In this document: piece after piece, positions 46,865 through 56,105 of the stretch
Numbering within the stretch: the first letter of the stretch is position 1
Layout of the letters: each line of letters starts with the position of its first letter
Origin: Candidatus Bipolaricaulota bacterium
GTDB lineage: Bacteria > Bipolaricaulota > Bipolaricaulia > RBG-16-55-9 > DRXL01
Direction of reading: 5' to 3'
Length of the DNA stretch: 64,000 nucleotides
NCBI GenBank assembly: GCA_036783095.1
Contig: DAIPXV010000001.1
Span: forward strand, 4,043-68,042
Program-made: the position numbers and the translations under genes
Notes under the pieces: model-generated
Told to the model about the DNA's origin: nothing
Databases searched by the model: none
What the model saw: the letters and a program-made list of their open reading frames with translations, nothing else

Positions 46865-48957
46865 TACCGTCTCCCTTTCAAGACTTCTTCGGCAATAGTA
46901 TTAGGCACAACATCGTAGTGTGAGAACCGTAAGTTATACGTGGCGCGCCCCTGGGAGATCGAGCGCAATTGTGTCGCATACCCGAAGGTCTCCGCCAGGG
47001 GGATGAGCGCCCGAATGATCTGGGCATTATGACGAACCTCCATAGCCGTGATCTGAGCACGGCGCGACTGGAGATCCGTGACGATCTCGCCGACGTAATC
47101 ATCGGGAGTAACGATCTCTGCGATCATAATGGGCTCGAGTAAGAGTGCCTTCGCCTTCTCGAACGCTTGGGTGAGCGCGCGCGCTGCAGCCGTCTTGAAC
47201 GCGATCTCGTTGGAATCAACGGGGTGGAAGGATCCATAGAAGAGCACGGCGCGAATATCGACGATGGGGAAGCCTCCGAGCGGACCACTGGCGAGGGACT
47301 CTTCGAGGCCCTTCTGGACTGCCGGGATGAACTCCCGCGGGATGACGCCGCCCTTGGTCTCGTCCACAAATTCGAAGCCGCTCCCCCGCGGCAGTGGCTC
47401 GAAGCGAATGCAGACGTGGGCGTACTGGCCGCGCCCACCCGTCTGCTTCACAAACTTCTCCTCGACCTCAACGGGCTCCGCCAGGGTCTCGCGATAAGCT
47501 ACCTGCGGGCGCCCCATGTTCGCTTCGACTTTAAATTCTCGCTTCAGTCGGTCAAATAGAATCTCCAGGTGCAGCTCACCCATCCCGGAGATGATCATCT
47601 GATTGGTCTCTGGGTCAACTCTGTACCGGAAGGTGGGGTCTTCTTGGGCGAGCTTATAGAGGGCTTCGCTGAGCTTGTTCTCTTCGGCATCGGTCTTGGG
47701 CTCAACGGCAGCAGTGACGACGGGCTCAGGGAATTCTATCTTTTCTAAGAGAATGGGGGCATTGGGATCGCAGATCGTGTCCCCAGTGATGAGCTCCTTG
47801 GGGCCGACCACAGCCGCGATATTGCCCGCTAACACTTCGTCTACTTCAGTACGCTTGTTGGCGTGCATGTGGAAGATCCGTGAGATTCTTTCGGTCTTGC
47901 CCGTCGTGCTGTTGAGCACATAGGAGCCCTTGACGAGCTTGCCCGAATAGACGCGGACGTAGACGAGCCGGCCCGTGTATTCGTCCGTTTGGACTTTGAA
48001 CGCGAGGGCAGCCAGCGGGTCATCGGGGGTGGGGCGTCTTTGGATCTTCGCGCCGTTGGCGCTCGTGCCGTTGACGCTCATGCCCTCAATGACTCCACGA
48101 TCAAGCGGGCTCGGCAGATAATCAACAATGGCATCCAGTAACGGCTGAATCCCAATATTATTCAGAGAAGATCCGAGCAAGACCGGGATGAAGTCGTCCG
48201 AAGAGATGCACGCTTTGCGAATAGCTTTTTTAATCTCTTCTTCGCTGATGGGCTGGCCCTCGAGGAATTTCATCAGGATATTCTCATCGATTTCCGAGAG
48301 CGTCTCGAGAAGCTTTTCGCGATAGTGGGCGACTTTCTCCTTGTATTCTTCTGGGATATCTTTGTATTCGTAGCGCGCCCCTTTGGAGTCTGGGTCCCAT
48401 ACGATGAGCTTCTGTTTGATGAGATCTATCACGCCGGCGAATTGATCCCCCTGGCCGCAGGGGATCTGCAGGGGCATGGGGACGATCCCGAGCTTCTGCA
48501 CCATAGATTCGACGGCGGCATAGAAATCCGCCCCCATGCGGTCCATCTTATTAATATATGCGATGCGGGGCGTGCGGTATTTGTCGGCTTGACGCCAGAC
48601 TTGTTCCGACTGGGGTTCGACGCCGTCAACAGCGGAGAAGATCGTGACAGCCCCATCCAGCACCCGCAGCGACCGCTCGACTTCCGCGGTGAAGTCCACG
48701 TGGCCGGGGGTGTCAATAATATTGATCTGATGGTCTCTCCAGAAGCACGTCGTTGCCGCCGCCGTAATGGTGATCCCTCGTTCGCGCTCTTGGGGCATCC
48801 AGTCCATCTCGGTATCGCCTTCGTCAACGTCGCCGATGTCGTGAATGCGCCCGGTGTAGAAGAGCAATCGCTCGGTAGTGGTCGTCTTGCCCGCGTCGAT
48901 GTGGGCAATGATCCCGATATTTCTAATCTTCTCAATATCGTAGCCGAGCGATTTCAT
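46864..48957 (-). CDS. fusA: Elongation factor G
   Basis: [32 protein letters not shown], 697 aa. Abuts rpsJ directly, with no tuf between them. Confidence 0.95.
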   Translation of the reverse strand: MKSLGYDIEKIRNIGIIAHIDAGKTTTTERLLFYTGRIHDIGDVDEGDTEMDWMPQERERGITITAAATTCFWRDHQINIIDTPGHVDFTAEVERSLRVLDGAVTIFSAVDGVEPQSEQVWRQADKYRTPRIAYINKMDRMGADFYAAVESMVQKLGIVPMPLQIPCGQGDQFAGVIDLIKQKLIVWDPDSKGARYEYKDIPEEYKEKVAHYREKLLETLSEIDENILMKFLEGQPISEEEIKKAIRKACISSDDFIPVLLGSSLNNIGIQPLLDAIVDYLPSPLDRGVIEGMSVNGTSANGAKIQRRPTPDDPLAALAFKVQTDEYTGRLVYVRVYSGKLVKGSYVLNSTTGKTERISRIFHMHANKRTEVDEVLAGNIAAVVGPKELITGDTICDPNAPILLEKIEFPEPVVTAAVEPKTDAEENKLSEALYKLAQEDPTFRYRVDPETNQMIISGMGELHLEILFDRLKREFKVEANMGRPQVAYRETLAEPVEVEEKFVKQTGGRGQYAHVCIRFEPLPRGSGFEFVDETKGGVIPREFIPAVQKGLEESLASGPLGGFPIVDIRAVLFYGSFHPVDSNEIAFKTAAARALTQAFEKAKALLLEPIMIAEIVTPDDYVGEIVTDLQSRRAQITAMEVRHNAQIIRALIPLAETFGYATQLRSISQGRATYNLRFSHYDVVPNTIAEEVLKGRR

Positions 48958-48969
48958 AGGGGATCACGC

Positions 48970-49449
48970 TTACCAGCGGTAGTGGGCGAAGGGGCGATTG
49001 GCCTCGGCCATACGGTGGGCCTCGTTCTTCTTCTCGATGGCCTTGCCCTGGTTCTTGAGGGCGTCAAGGATCTCCGCGGCGAGCCGTTCGGCCATGCTGT
49101 GTTCGCCGCGCTCGCGGGCGGCACTCACGAGCCAGCGCAGCGCCAGCGTCCGCTGACGGTCCTCTTCGACTTCGTAGGGGACTTGATAGGCCGCACCCCC
49201 GACGCGGCGCGAGCGCGTCTCCAGCTTGGGCATGCAGTTAGCCATCGCCTTGAAGAAGACCTCCAAGGGGGGTTCGCCCGTCTTCTCAGCGATGATATCG
49301 AACGCCCGATAGACGATGCGGCGCGCTAGGGATTTCTTGCCCTCGCGCATCACGTAGTTGATGAGCTTTTCCACGATGGGGCTGCCGTAGCGCACATCGG
49401 GCGGGACGGGCCGCCCGGGGATCACGCGATCGATGACGTGCTGGGTCAT
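48970..49449 (-). CDS. rpsG: 30S ribosomal protein S7
   Basis: [24 protein letters not shown]...[10 protein letters not shown]. Confidence 0.9.
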   Translation of the reverse strand: MTQHVIDRVIPGRPVPPDVRYGSPIVEKLINYVMREGKKSLARRIVYRAFDIIAEKTGEPPLEVFFKAMANCMPKLETRSRRVGGAAYQVPYEVEEDRQRTLALRWLVSAARERGEHSMAERLAAEILDALKNQGKAIEKKNEAHRMAEANRPFAHYRW

Positions 49450-49464
49450 AGGGCATCCGCTCCG

Positions 49465-49863
49465 TTAGCTTGCGGGGGCTCCCGCACCTGCCGCGCTCCT
49501 CTTGACGCCATACTTGGAGCGCCCGCGCTTGCGCCCCTCGACGCCGGCGGCGTCCAAGGCCCCGCGAATAATGTGATAGTTGACGCCGGGCAGGTCCTTG
49601 ACGCGACCGCCGCGCACCAGCACCATCGAGTGCTCTTGCAGATTGTGGCCCTCGCCCCCGATGTAGGCGGTGACCATCTGCTTGTTGCTCAGGCGCACGC
49701 GCGCCACTTTGCGCAGGGCGGAGTTGGGCTTCTTGGGCGTCTTGGTGAAGACGCGCACGCAGACCCCGCGCTTCTGCGGGCAGTGCTCCAGCGCCAAGGA
49801 GCGCCGATTGATCTTCTTAATCGGGGTGCGCCCATAGCGCACCAGTTGATTGAGTGTCGGCAT
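49465..49863 (-). CDS. rpsL: 30S ribosomal protein S12
   Basis: [12 protein letters not shown]...[16 protein letters not shown]...[14 protein letters not shown]. Confidence 0.95.
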   Translation of the reverse strand: MPTLNQLVRYGRTPIKKINRRSLALEHCPQKRGVCVRVFTKTPKKPNSALRKVARVRLSNKQMVTAYIGGEGHNLQEHSMVLVRGGRVKDLPGVNYHIIRGALDAAGVEGRKRGRSKYGVKRSAAGAGAPAS

Positions 49864-49970
49864 AGTAAACTCCTTACTTCAGACTCCAACGGGACACAAG
49901 CGCCGTGTGCTTGGCAACGTTGGGAGAAGATAACGAACCCCTAGGGCAAACTCCGTCCCTAGTGTGGGCT

Positions 49971-49999
49971 ATTATAAAATATACAGCCCTTCCTGTCAA
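49971..49999 (-). promoter_or_regulatory. sigma70-type promoter for rpsL-rpsG-fusA (TTGACA, 17 nt spacer, TATAAT on minus strand)
   Basis: Reverse complement reads cccTTGACAggaagggctgtatatttTATAATagc ~110 nt upstream of the rpsL ATG. Confidence 0.6.
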
Positions 50000-50004
50000 G
50001 GGCT

Positions 50005-50033
50005 TTGCAATTTGCCCTGTAGTGCGCTATGAT
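50005..50033 (+). promoter_or_regulatory. sigma70-type promoter for rplM (TTGCAA, 17 nt spacer, TATGAT)
   Basis: TTGCAAtttgccctgtagtgcgcTATGAT lies 60 nt upstream of the rplM start. Divergent from the rpsL promoter and sharing the hairpin GCCCTTCCTGTCAAGGGC. Confidence 0.5.
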
Positions 50034-50092
50034 AGCACATTCAGGAGCGCCCTGCAAGGGGCGGGGTAGCCCCAGCTGTGAAGGAGGAACCT

Positions 50093-50536
50093 ATGCAACA
50101 TTCAACGATGATGAAACGAGAAGAGTTGGGCAAGAAGTTTAACCGAAACTGGGTGATCATCGACGCTAAGGGCAAGACGCTCGGGCGCTTGGCGTCGCAG
50201 ATCGCCAAGATCCTGATGGGCAAGCATAAGCCGGAGTACACCCCTCATGTGGACACCGGGGACTATGTCGTCGTCATCAACGCGAAAGAGATCAAGGTGA
50301 CAGGGAAGAAGCGAGAGCAGAAGAAGTACTTTCACTATTCGGGCTATCCCGGCGGGATTCGCGAATGGACCTTTGAGCAATTGCTCGAGAAGCATCCGAC
50401 CAAGCCCATCGAAGAAGCCGTGAAGAATATGCTCCCCAAGACGACGCTGGGGCGGCGGATGTTGAAGAAGTTAAAAGTCTATCCTGGGCCGGAGCACCCC
50501 CATCAAGCCCAGAACCCTCAGCCGATCTCCGTCTAG
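50093..50536 (+). CDS. rplM: 50S ribosomal protein L13 (not followed by rpsI)
   Basis: [58 protein letters not shown] 5 nt before the ATG at 50093 (the track's GTG at 50078 is rejected). Confidence 0.9.
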   Translation: MQHSTMMKREELGKKFNRNWVIIDAKGKTLGRLASQIAKILMGKHKPEYTPHVDTGDYVVVINAKEIKVTGKKREQKKYFHYSGYPGGIREWTFEQLLEKHPTKPIEEAVKNMLPKTTLGRRMLKKLKVYPGPEHPHQAQNPQPISV

Positions 50537-50554
50537 AGAACTTAGAGAGAGGGG

Positions 50555-50579
50555 AAGGGGGCTCTGAGCGAGCCCCCTT
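50555..50579 (+). terminator. GC-rich hairpin after rplM (U-tract weak)
   Basis: AAGGGGGCTC tgagc GAGCCCCCTT. Confidence 0.4.
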
Positions 50580-50695
50580 GATGTATCGGAGTGGGGTGGA
50601 CTTATCTTGAGGTTAGCGTGCCGTTTCTGGAAAATCTATGGCAAGAAGATTCTTTTTTCATGGAAGGCCTCTGTGAAAGTTGATACACTCATATC

Positions 50696-51922
50696 ATGTG
50701 GATCTTCCTCAAGCTGGCCGCGCGCAATCTCTTGCGCAACAAGCGCCGCAGCGCCATCACGTTCATCGCCATCGGGCTGGGGCTCGTACTCGTGCTCTTC
50801 TTCTACGGCTTCATCCAAGGCGTAGACAAACAGTTCACGGATAATTTTATCAAAGCTCAGACGGGACACATCCAGATGCACGCGCGCGGCTACCAGGAGA
50901 AAGCCCGGCTCATGCCCGTAGATATCGCTATCAAAGACTATCAGAGCGTCGTCCGAAAGCTCGCAGAATTCCCCAGCGTGAAGGGCATCTACCCAAGATT
51001 GCGCTTTCCCGTCATTATCAGCACCGGTAGCGAGAGTTTAGGAGTGCTTGGGCTGGGCTTTGATCCGCAAGCTGAGCGCGACGGCGTCATCGCCACAAAG
51101 ATCGTCCAGGGGGAGTATCTCTCAGAGAAGCCCGGCTACGCCCTCATCGGAGTGCAGCTTGCGAAAGACTTAAAAGTCGGCGTCGGCGATCTCTTGACGC
51201 TCGTAGCTACGACTCCCAAGGGCGCATTGAACTCTATTGACGTCGAGATCAAGGGCATCTTTGCGACGGGGTACAGCCAGATAGATAACTCTGTTTTGGC
51301 GTTGGCCTTGCCTGATGCTCAGAAGCTCCTGCGCATGGCAGGGCAAGTCACCGAAATTACCCTGATGCTCAACGACGCCGATCAAGCCGACTCTGTTGCC
51401 CAGATCATCCGAGAGAGATTCAGCGACGATGGCTTGGAAGTCCAGACATGGAAAGAGCTTGGCGCAGCGATCTTCGAATTGCTAAACGCACGGCGGCAAC
51501 TCATCGCGATCATCTCGCTTGTTGTGATCTTGATCGCGACCCTAGGGATCGTGAACACGATGCTGATGTCGGTCTTTGAGCGGGTGCGGGAGATCGGGAC
51601 CCTGATGGCTTTGGGGATGACGCCGGGGGAGATTCGGCTGCTCTTTCTGCTAGAAAGCGCGATCTTGGGGGCAGCAGGCGGATTGATGGGAGTGGGAATC
51701 GGCGGCGCTCTGTTAAAATACTTTTCGGTCGCAGGGATCACGATCACTCAAGCATCGCAGTTCGTCAATGTCCCGATAGGGACGACGTTCTATGCTGAGT
51801 TCTCTTGGAAGACATTAGGGATGTTCTTTGTGTTAGCGCAAGCTGTAGCCGTGCTCGCGGCGCTCTACCCTGCATATATTGCGTCCAAACAAGAGCCGGT
51901 GCAGGCGCTGCGCCATGTGTAG
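50696..51922 (+). CDS. FtsX/MacB/LolE-family ABC permease with a large periplasmic domain
   Basis: N-terminal LKLAARNLLRNKRRSAITFIAIGLGL. Periplasmic domain between TM1 and TM2. Three C-terminal TMs (the FtsX-like arrangement). Confidence 0.75.
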   Translation: MWIFLKLAARNLLRNKRRSAITFIAIGLGLVLVLFFYGFIQGVDKQFTDNFIKAQTGHIQMHARGYQEKARLMPVDIAIKDYQSVVRKLAEFPSVKGIYPRLRFPVIISTGSESLGVLGLGFDPQAERDGVIATKIVQGEYLSEKPGYALIGVQLAKDLKVGVGDLLTLVATTPKGALNSIDVEIKGIFATGYSQIDNSVLALALPDAQKLLRMAGQVTEITLMLNDADQADSVAQIIRERFSDDGLEVQTWKELGAAIFELLNARRQLIAIISLVVILIATLGIVNTMLMSVFERVREIGTLMALGMTPGEIRLLFLLESAILGAAGGLMGVGIGGALLKYFSVAGITITQASQFVNVPIGTTFYAEFSWKTLGMFFVLAQAVAVLAALYPAYIASKQEPVQALRHV

Positions 51923-51963
51923 AATCACGGAACGCGCAGAAATGGGCACGGAAGACACGGAGA
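51920..51963 (+). promoter_or_regulatory. TAGAAT box followed by three CACGGAR repeats in the leader of the LolA-like gene
   Basis: TAGAAT CACGGAAcgcgcagaaatggg CACGGAAga CACGGAGag, then the RBS AAAGGAGG. Same architecture as the rpmF leader. Confidence 0.45.
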
Positions 51964-51991
51964 GTGGTAAGTAAGACAAAGGAGGCGTTCT

Positions 51992-52747
51992 ATGAACGCG
52001 ATGCGCATCGTTGGGATCGTTCTCATAGTGGGTCTTATGGTCGTCGGTCTGGGGTGGGCACAGCAGCCCGCTGCTGAAGAGATTCTCAAAAAATCCGTCG
52101 AGTCGAGCTACCCGGAGCAGTTCGTCTCGCTCAATAAATTGGAGAACTTCGAGAAGGGCCAACTGAGCAGCGCGTATGAGCTGCGCGTCTTCAAGAAGGG
52201 CAGCGACAAAGCCCTTTTAGAAGTGCTCGCGCCTGAGGACGCCAAGGGGCAGAAGATCCTGAGGGTCGGCGATGAAGTCGTCATTCTCTTCCCGGAAAAC
52301 TGTCGAATCGTCCCGCTGAGCGCGCGGCAGAACGTCCTCGGCACTAGCTTCACCATCGCGGATGTCTTGAGAGTGGACTTGGTGAAAGATTATAACGCCA
52401 AGCTCTTGGGCGCGGAAAGAGTCCAAGACCGTCCAGCGTACAAGCTCGAGCTGACGGCAAAAGATGAGACCGTGCCCTTCGCGCGGATTCTCTACTGGGC
52501 AGACGCAGAGAACTTTTTGCCCCTGCAGAGCGAATTCTACACCGAGACGGGAAAGCTCTTGCGGCGCGCCCTCTACGAAGAGCGCAAGCAGCTCGCCGGC
52601 GCGCTGCGCCCCAGTAAGATCACTATCGAAAACGCGCTCGAGGCCGGCACCAAGACCGTCATGACCATCCTCGAGATGGAGAGCAAAGATCTTCCAGACT
52701 CGATGTTCACCAAAGAAGCTCTTTTAGAGTCATGCAAGAAGCCGTGA
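51992..52747 (+). CDS. LolA-like / outer-membrane lipoprotein-sorting-family periplasmic protein
   Basis: Signal peptide. ~250-aa beta-rich protein between the FtsX-like permease and the ABC ATPase. Context-based call, weak motif support. Confidence 0.45.
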   Translation: MNAMRIVGIVLIVGLMVVGLGWAQQPAAEEILKKSVESSYPEQFVSLNKLENFEKGQLSSAYELRVFKKGSDKALLEVLAPEDAKGQKILRVGDEVVILFPENCRIVPLSARQNVLGTSFTIADVLRVDLVKDYNAKLLGAERVQDRPAYKLELTAKDETVPFARILYWADAENFLPLQSEFYTETGKLLRRALYEERKQLAGALRPSKITIENALEAGTKTVMTILEMESKDLPDSMFTKEALLESCKKP

Positions 52748-53424
52748 GCGAGATCGTCGTCCGCGTTGAGAACATCACGAAAGAGTACGCGATGGGGCGC
52801 ACGGTCGTCAAGGCCCTGCGCGGCGTTTCGTTGGAGATTGCTCGTGGAGAGTTCTTGTGCATTGCCGGCCCGTCGGGATCGGGCAAGACAACACTGTTAA
52901 ATCTCATCGGGTGTCTGGACAAGCCCACATCGGGACGCATTCTCATCGAAGGGCAAGATGTCTCCACGCTTTCGCCCAAGGAGCTGGCGTGGGTGCGGCG
53001 GCGACGCTTGGGATTTGTCTTCCAGACGTTCAATCTCGTGCCGGTGCTCACGGCGTATGAGAATATTGAGCTGCCGTTGCTTTTATTGGGCGTAGGGGCA
53101 GCGGAGCGCCGCCGGCGCGTCTATGCGCTTTTAGAAGCTTTAGGGATCAGCGAGCTAGCCCATCATCGCCCCGACGAGATGTCTGGAGGACAGCAGCAGA
53201 GAGTCTCGATCGCGCGGGCGCTCATCACCGAGCCTGCTTTAGTCTTGGCCGACGAGCCCACGGCCAACTTGGACTCGGAGACGGGCAGAGCGATCATCGA
53301 GCTGATGCACGAGCTCAACAGAAAGCGCGGGACGACCTTCGTCTTTTCGACTCACGACCCCAAAGTCATGGAGCGCGCGTCGCGGTTAATACATATTCGC
53401 GACGGGCAGATTGATAACGTCTGA
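52732..53424 (+). CDS. ABC ATPase (LolD/MacB-type)
   Basis: GPSGSGKTTLLN (Walker A), Q-loop, MSGGQQQRVSIARAL, LVLADEPTANLD, FSTHD (H-loop). Confidence 0.85.
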   Translation: MQEAVSEIVVRVENITKEYAMGRTVVKALRGVSLEIARGEFLCIAGPSGSGKTTLLNLIGCLDKPTSGRILIEGQDVSTLSPKELAWVRRRRLGFVFQTFNLVPVLTAYENIELPLLLLGVGAAERRRRVYALLEALGISELAHHRPDEMSGGQQQRVSIARALITEPALVLADEPTANLDSETGRAIIELMHELNRKRGTTFVFSTHDPKVMERASRLIHIRDGQIDNV

Positions 53425-53554
53425 TAATCTGTGATCTTTGCTTGGTTTTTTTATGACCAATGTCATTGTCGAGCGCCCGCCCTCGCCGTAAGTTTTTGCT
53501 ATACCCCCTGCCGCGTGCTTCACTGGCGTGGCTGGAGAGAGAGGAGGTAAAGTC

Positions 53555-54973
53555 ATGTCGCGATTTTTACTCTGCGTAGTCATCGCAGCTTTGATCGCTC
53601 TTGGGAGCCATACGAATGTTAGTCTCGCCGGTCCATATTGGGAGAGGCTACCCACCGATAGCGAAATCCAACAAGCCGTAAATCAGTTCACAGTGCCCAA
53701 CAGATCCATTGTGGACCTACGGGTCTTCAAATATCACGACCCAACAGAATCAGATTATCCTATCACGGCGAATGGCGTTGGATTGGTCTACAGGGTGCCC
53801 AACCCAGATTATGACCCTGCTAATCCGGGTCCAGATCTTGAATGTGGTCAAGCGACTCTGTATTGGTGGCCTGACCGCGGCGGTTGGGTTTTTGTCGATA
53901 CTAGTGGCGGCCGTCGGCTGTGCTTTTCTTCCACTGATACGCTCGATGTTCTTGTGAACCGGTATCTTGGCACGCGCTTGCGTCTTGGTTGGATCGGTGA
54001 ATCACCGCCTGGTGAGAACCGGCCCCCGACAGTATCCTTGAGTTACTCGCCTCAAAACCCGACCCCAAACGATACGATCTATTTCACGGCCGTGGCTTCC
54101 GACCCAGATGGGGATGACCTCACCTACAGATGGTTTCTCAATGGTGTAGAGCAACCCGCCACCGCGCCGCATGTGCAGTTGGCCAATCCGCCTGAGGGTA
54201 CCTACACTATAAGAGTGGTCGTCTCCGACGGCAAGGGCGGCATGGCCGAAGACAGCCTCGAGTTCACCGTACAAGCCGCACGCCCACGCTATGTCATTAT
54301 GAAAGGGACAGGAGAATTCCAAGGGGAGGAGCCGCTCGCCTTTGTCGAAAAGATTGAAGTGGATGGCAAGATCACTGAGAGCAGAACTCCTCTCTATAAG
54401 GATGCCTACGTCAAGACCGGCCCTGGGGTGGAGATCGTCATTAGGTTCGCCAGCGGCGTGGTGGTAAGAGTGAAAGAGAACACTCATTATGAGGTCGAAG
54501 GGGTGAAGTTTTCGGGAACCCCCCAGGCTGTGATTTACACGAGACTCATAGAGGGTCTCATGAACTTTTGGTTTAAAGGGCGGGAGCTAGAGCAGAAGTT
54601 CGAGGTCGAGGCCAACAGGATAGTCGTTGGCATCAAAGGGACGGAAGGGACTATAAAGCTAATCTCAGGCATCACGACCGTCACAGTGACCGAGGGCGAA
54701 GTCGAGGTGAAGGATAAGGTAACGGGTGCCGTTTCAACTGTTCGTGCCGGAGAGACAGCTACTTTTGGCGGAACACCCCCGCCGAGCGGCGAGAAGACCA
54801 TCGAGCAAGCAATTGATGCCGACGGGGACGGGATCATTAACGATCTCGAAATGCTCCAGGCGCTCCAATATTGGATCAAACAACAGATCGTCCCCGGCAC
54901 CAACAAGACGATTGACGATCTGACGATGCTTTCGCTCCTGCAAAAATGGATCAAAGGGATGCCAGTGCGATAG
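53555..54973 (+). CDS. Secreted protein with a PKD domain and a C-terminal dockerin/EF-hand-like Ca-binding repeat pair
   Basis: Signal peptide MSRFLLCVVIAALIALG. PKD signature IYFTAVASDPDGDDLTYRWFLNG. Canonical 12-residue Ca loop DADGDGIINDLE plus a degenerate second repeat TIDDLTMLSLLQKWI. RBS GAGAGGAGG. Confidence 0.65.
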   Translation: MSRFLLCVVIAALIALGSHTNVSLAGPYWERLPTDSEIQQAVNQFTVPNRSIVDLRVFKYHDPTESDYPITANGVGLVYRVPNPDYDPANPGPDLECGQATLYWWPDRGGWVFVDTSGGRRLCFSSTDTLDVLVNRYLGTRLRLGWIGESPPGENRPPTVSLSYSPQNPTPNDTIYFTAVASDPDGDDLTYRWFLNGVEQPATAPHVQLANPPEGTYTIRVVVSDGKGGMAEDSLEFTVQAARPRYVIMKGTGEFQGEEPLAFVEKIEVDGKITESRTPLYKDAYVKTGPGVEIVIRFASGVVVRVKENTHYEVEGVKFSGTPQAVIYTRLIEGLMNFWFKGRELEQKFEVEANRIVVGIKGTEGTIKLISGITTVTVTEGEVEVKDKVTGAVSTVRAGETATFGGTPPPSGEKTIEQAIDADGDGIINDLEMLQALQYWIKQQIVPGTNKTIDDLTMLSLLQKWIKGMPVR

Positions 54974-55015
54974 ACGAGCGTCTTGGCGTGCCACGCTTAA
55001 ACTGAGAGAATCGCC

Positions 55016-55372
55016 CTAGCGTTCTCTGGGCGGATAGACCCAGACGATCTCTTTGTGCAGTCGGGTGCGGAGGGGATGCTGCTCCCATTCTGCGAGAGTA
55101 TAAATCAATAAATCAGCGGGGACGGGCAGCTCCAGCGTATCCCAGCGAGCTGCCCGTCTCTCAAAAGATTCTGATGAATGCTCTACAATCACGATGATGT
55201 CGAGATCGCTCCCCACGCCCCAGTCCCCACGGGCGTAGGAGCCAAAGTAGCCGATCCGTCTCACTTCGGGAAACTCTTGTGCTCGCTTCTCTGCCCAGCG
55301 GCGCACAGCTTGGTCAACAGCGCGGGCATGAGGCCAGGTGAGCACGGACGAATTCAAGGATCTCACGGGCAT
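55016..55372 (-). CDS. Minimal nucleotidyltransferase (MNT-type; start uncertain)
   Basis: GSYARGDWGVGSDLDIIVIV is the G[SG]x9-13Dx[DE] NTase motif. Confidence 0.7.
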   Translation of the reverse strand: MPVRSLNSSVLTWPHARAVDQAVRRWAEKRAQEFPEVRRIGYFGSYARGDWGVGSDLDIIVIVEHSSESFERRAARWDTLELPVPADLLIYTLAEWEQHPLRTRLHKEIVWVYPPRER

Positions 55373-55712
55373 AGCGAATTGCCTCCTCACTCTGGAGAGG
55401 CCCATAGTGCTCAAAAGGAGCCCCTGCGGGATGGCTGTTGGGGTAACGCGGCGGAATGTAAAACGTGTCCAGGACTCGAGCTTTCTCAATCAGCGAGTCG
55501 GGCACACTGAGGGGCAACTCCCCGAGCAAGCGCGCCACGACATGGCCCCAGGCCTCTTGGCCTAAACGCAGATGTAAGGCTTTGACAGCCTTCTCCGCAG
55601 CTTGTTGGGCAATAAAACAAGCCCACTCGTGCCATCCCCCCTGACGAGAATCTTCTGCCTGGAGAAGGTCACGCTCGGCCTGCTTGAACCAATCCTGGGC
55701 GCGGTTCGGCAT
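55314..55712 (-). CDS. HEPN-domain protein
   Basis: The all-helical stretch WHEWACFIAQQAAEKAVKALHLRL is HEPN-like. Adjacent to and overlapping the MNT gene. Confidence 0.6.
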   Translation of the reverse strand: MPNRAQDWFKQAERDLLQAEDSRQGGWHEWACFIAQQAAEKAVKALHLRLGQEAWGHVVARLLGELPLSVPDSLIEKARVLDTFYIPPRYPNSHPAGAPFEHYGPLQSEEAIRYAREILEFVRAHLASCPRC

Positions 55713-55787
55713 AGCACCAACAATTATACCCCAAATTGCAGTCGGCGCGAATTTCGGATATGATCGCTCCAGCGTGGAGGGATGATT

Positions 55788-56105
55788 ATGATCGTTGTCG
55801 CCAATCGCATTCCTGTGGCCAAGGGCTACGAAAAACAGTTCGAAGAGCGTTTTAAGAACCGCCAACGCCTGGTTGAGCAGATGCCCGGCTTTATAAAGTT
55901 TCAGTTGCTCAAGCCCATCCAGGGAGAGTACTATATCTCAATGACATACTGGGAGAGCTACGAAGCATTCGAGAACTGGACAAAAAGCCCAGAGTTTGAG
56001 AAGGCCCACTCGGCCAACCCACCCCCGCCCAAAGAGATGTTCACAGGGAAGAACATCTTAGAGATTCATGAAGTGATCCTAAGCTCGGACCTCAAGGCTC
56101 CTTAG
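55788..56105 (+). CDS. ABM-domain (antibiotic-biosynthesis-monooxygenase-like) protein
   Basis: ~105 aa, VVANRIPVAKGYEKQFEERF...YISMTYWESYEAFENWTKSPEF. Confidence 0.55.
   Translation: MIVVANRIPVAKGYEKQFEERFKNRQRLVEQMPGFIKFQLLKPIQGEYYISMTYWESYEAFENWTKSPEFEKAHSANPPPPKEMFTGKNILEIHEVILSSDLKAP

Noticed and set aside
48325-49329. 334-aa plus-strand ORF
   Set aside because: Antisense to fusA and rpsG, which are unambiguous.
50078-50092. GTG start for rplM proposed by the ORF track
   Set aside because: The RBS AAGGAGG lies inside that extension and is perfectly spaced for the ATG at 50093. The L13 alignment also begins near there.
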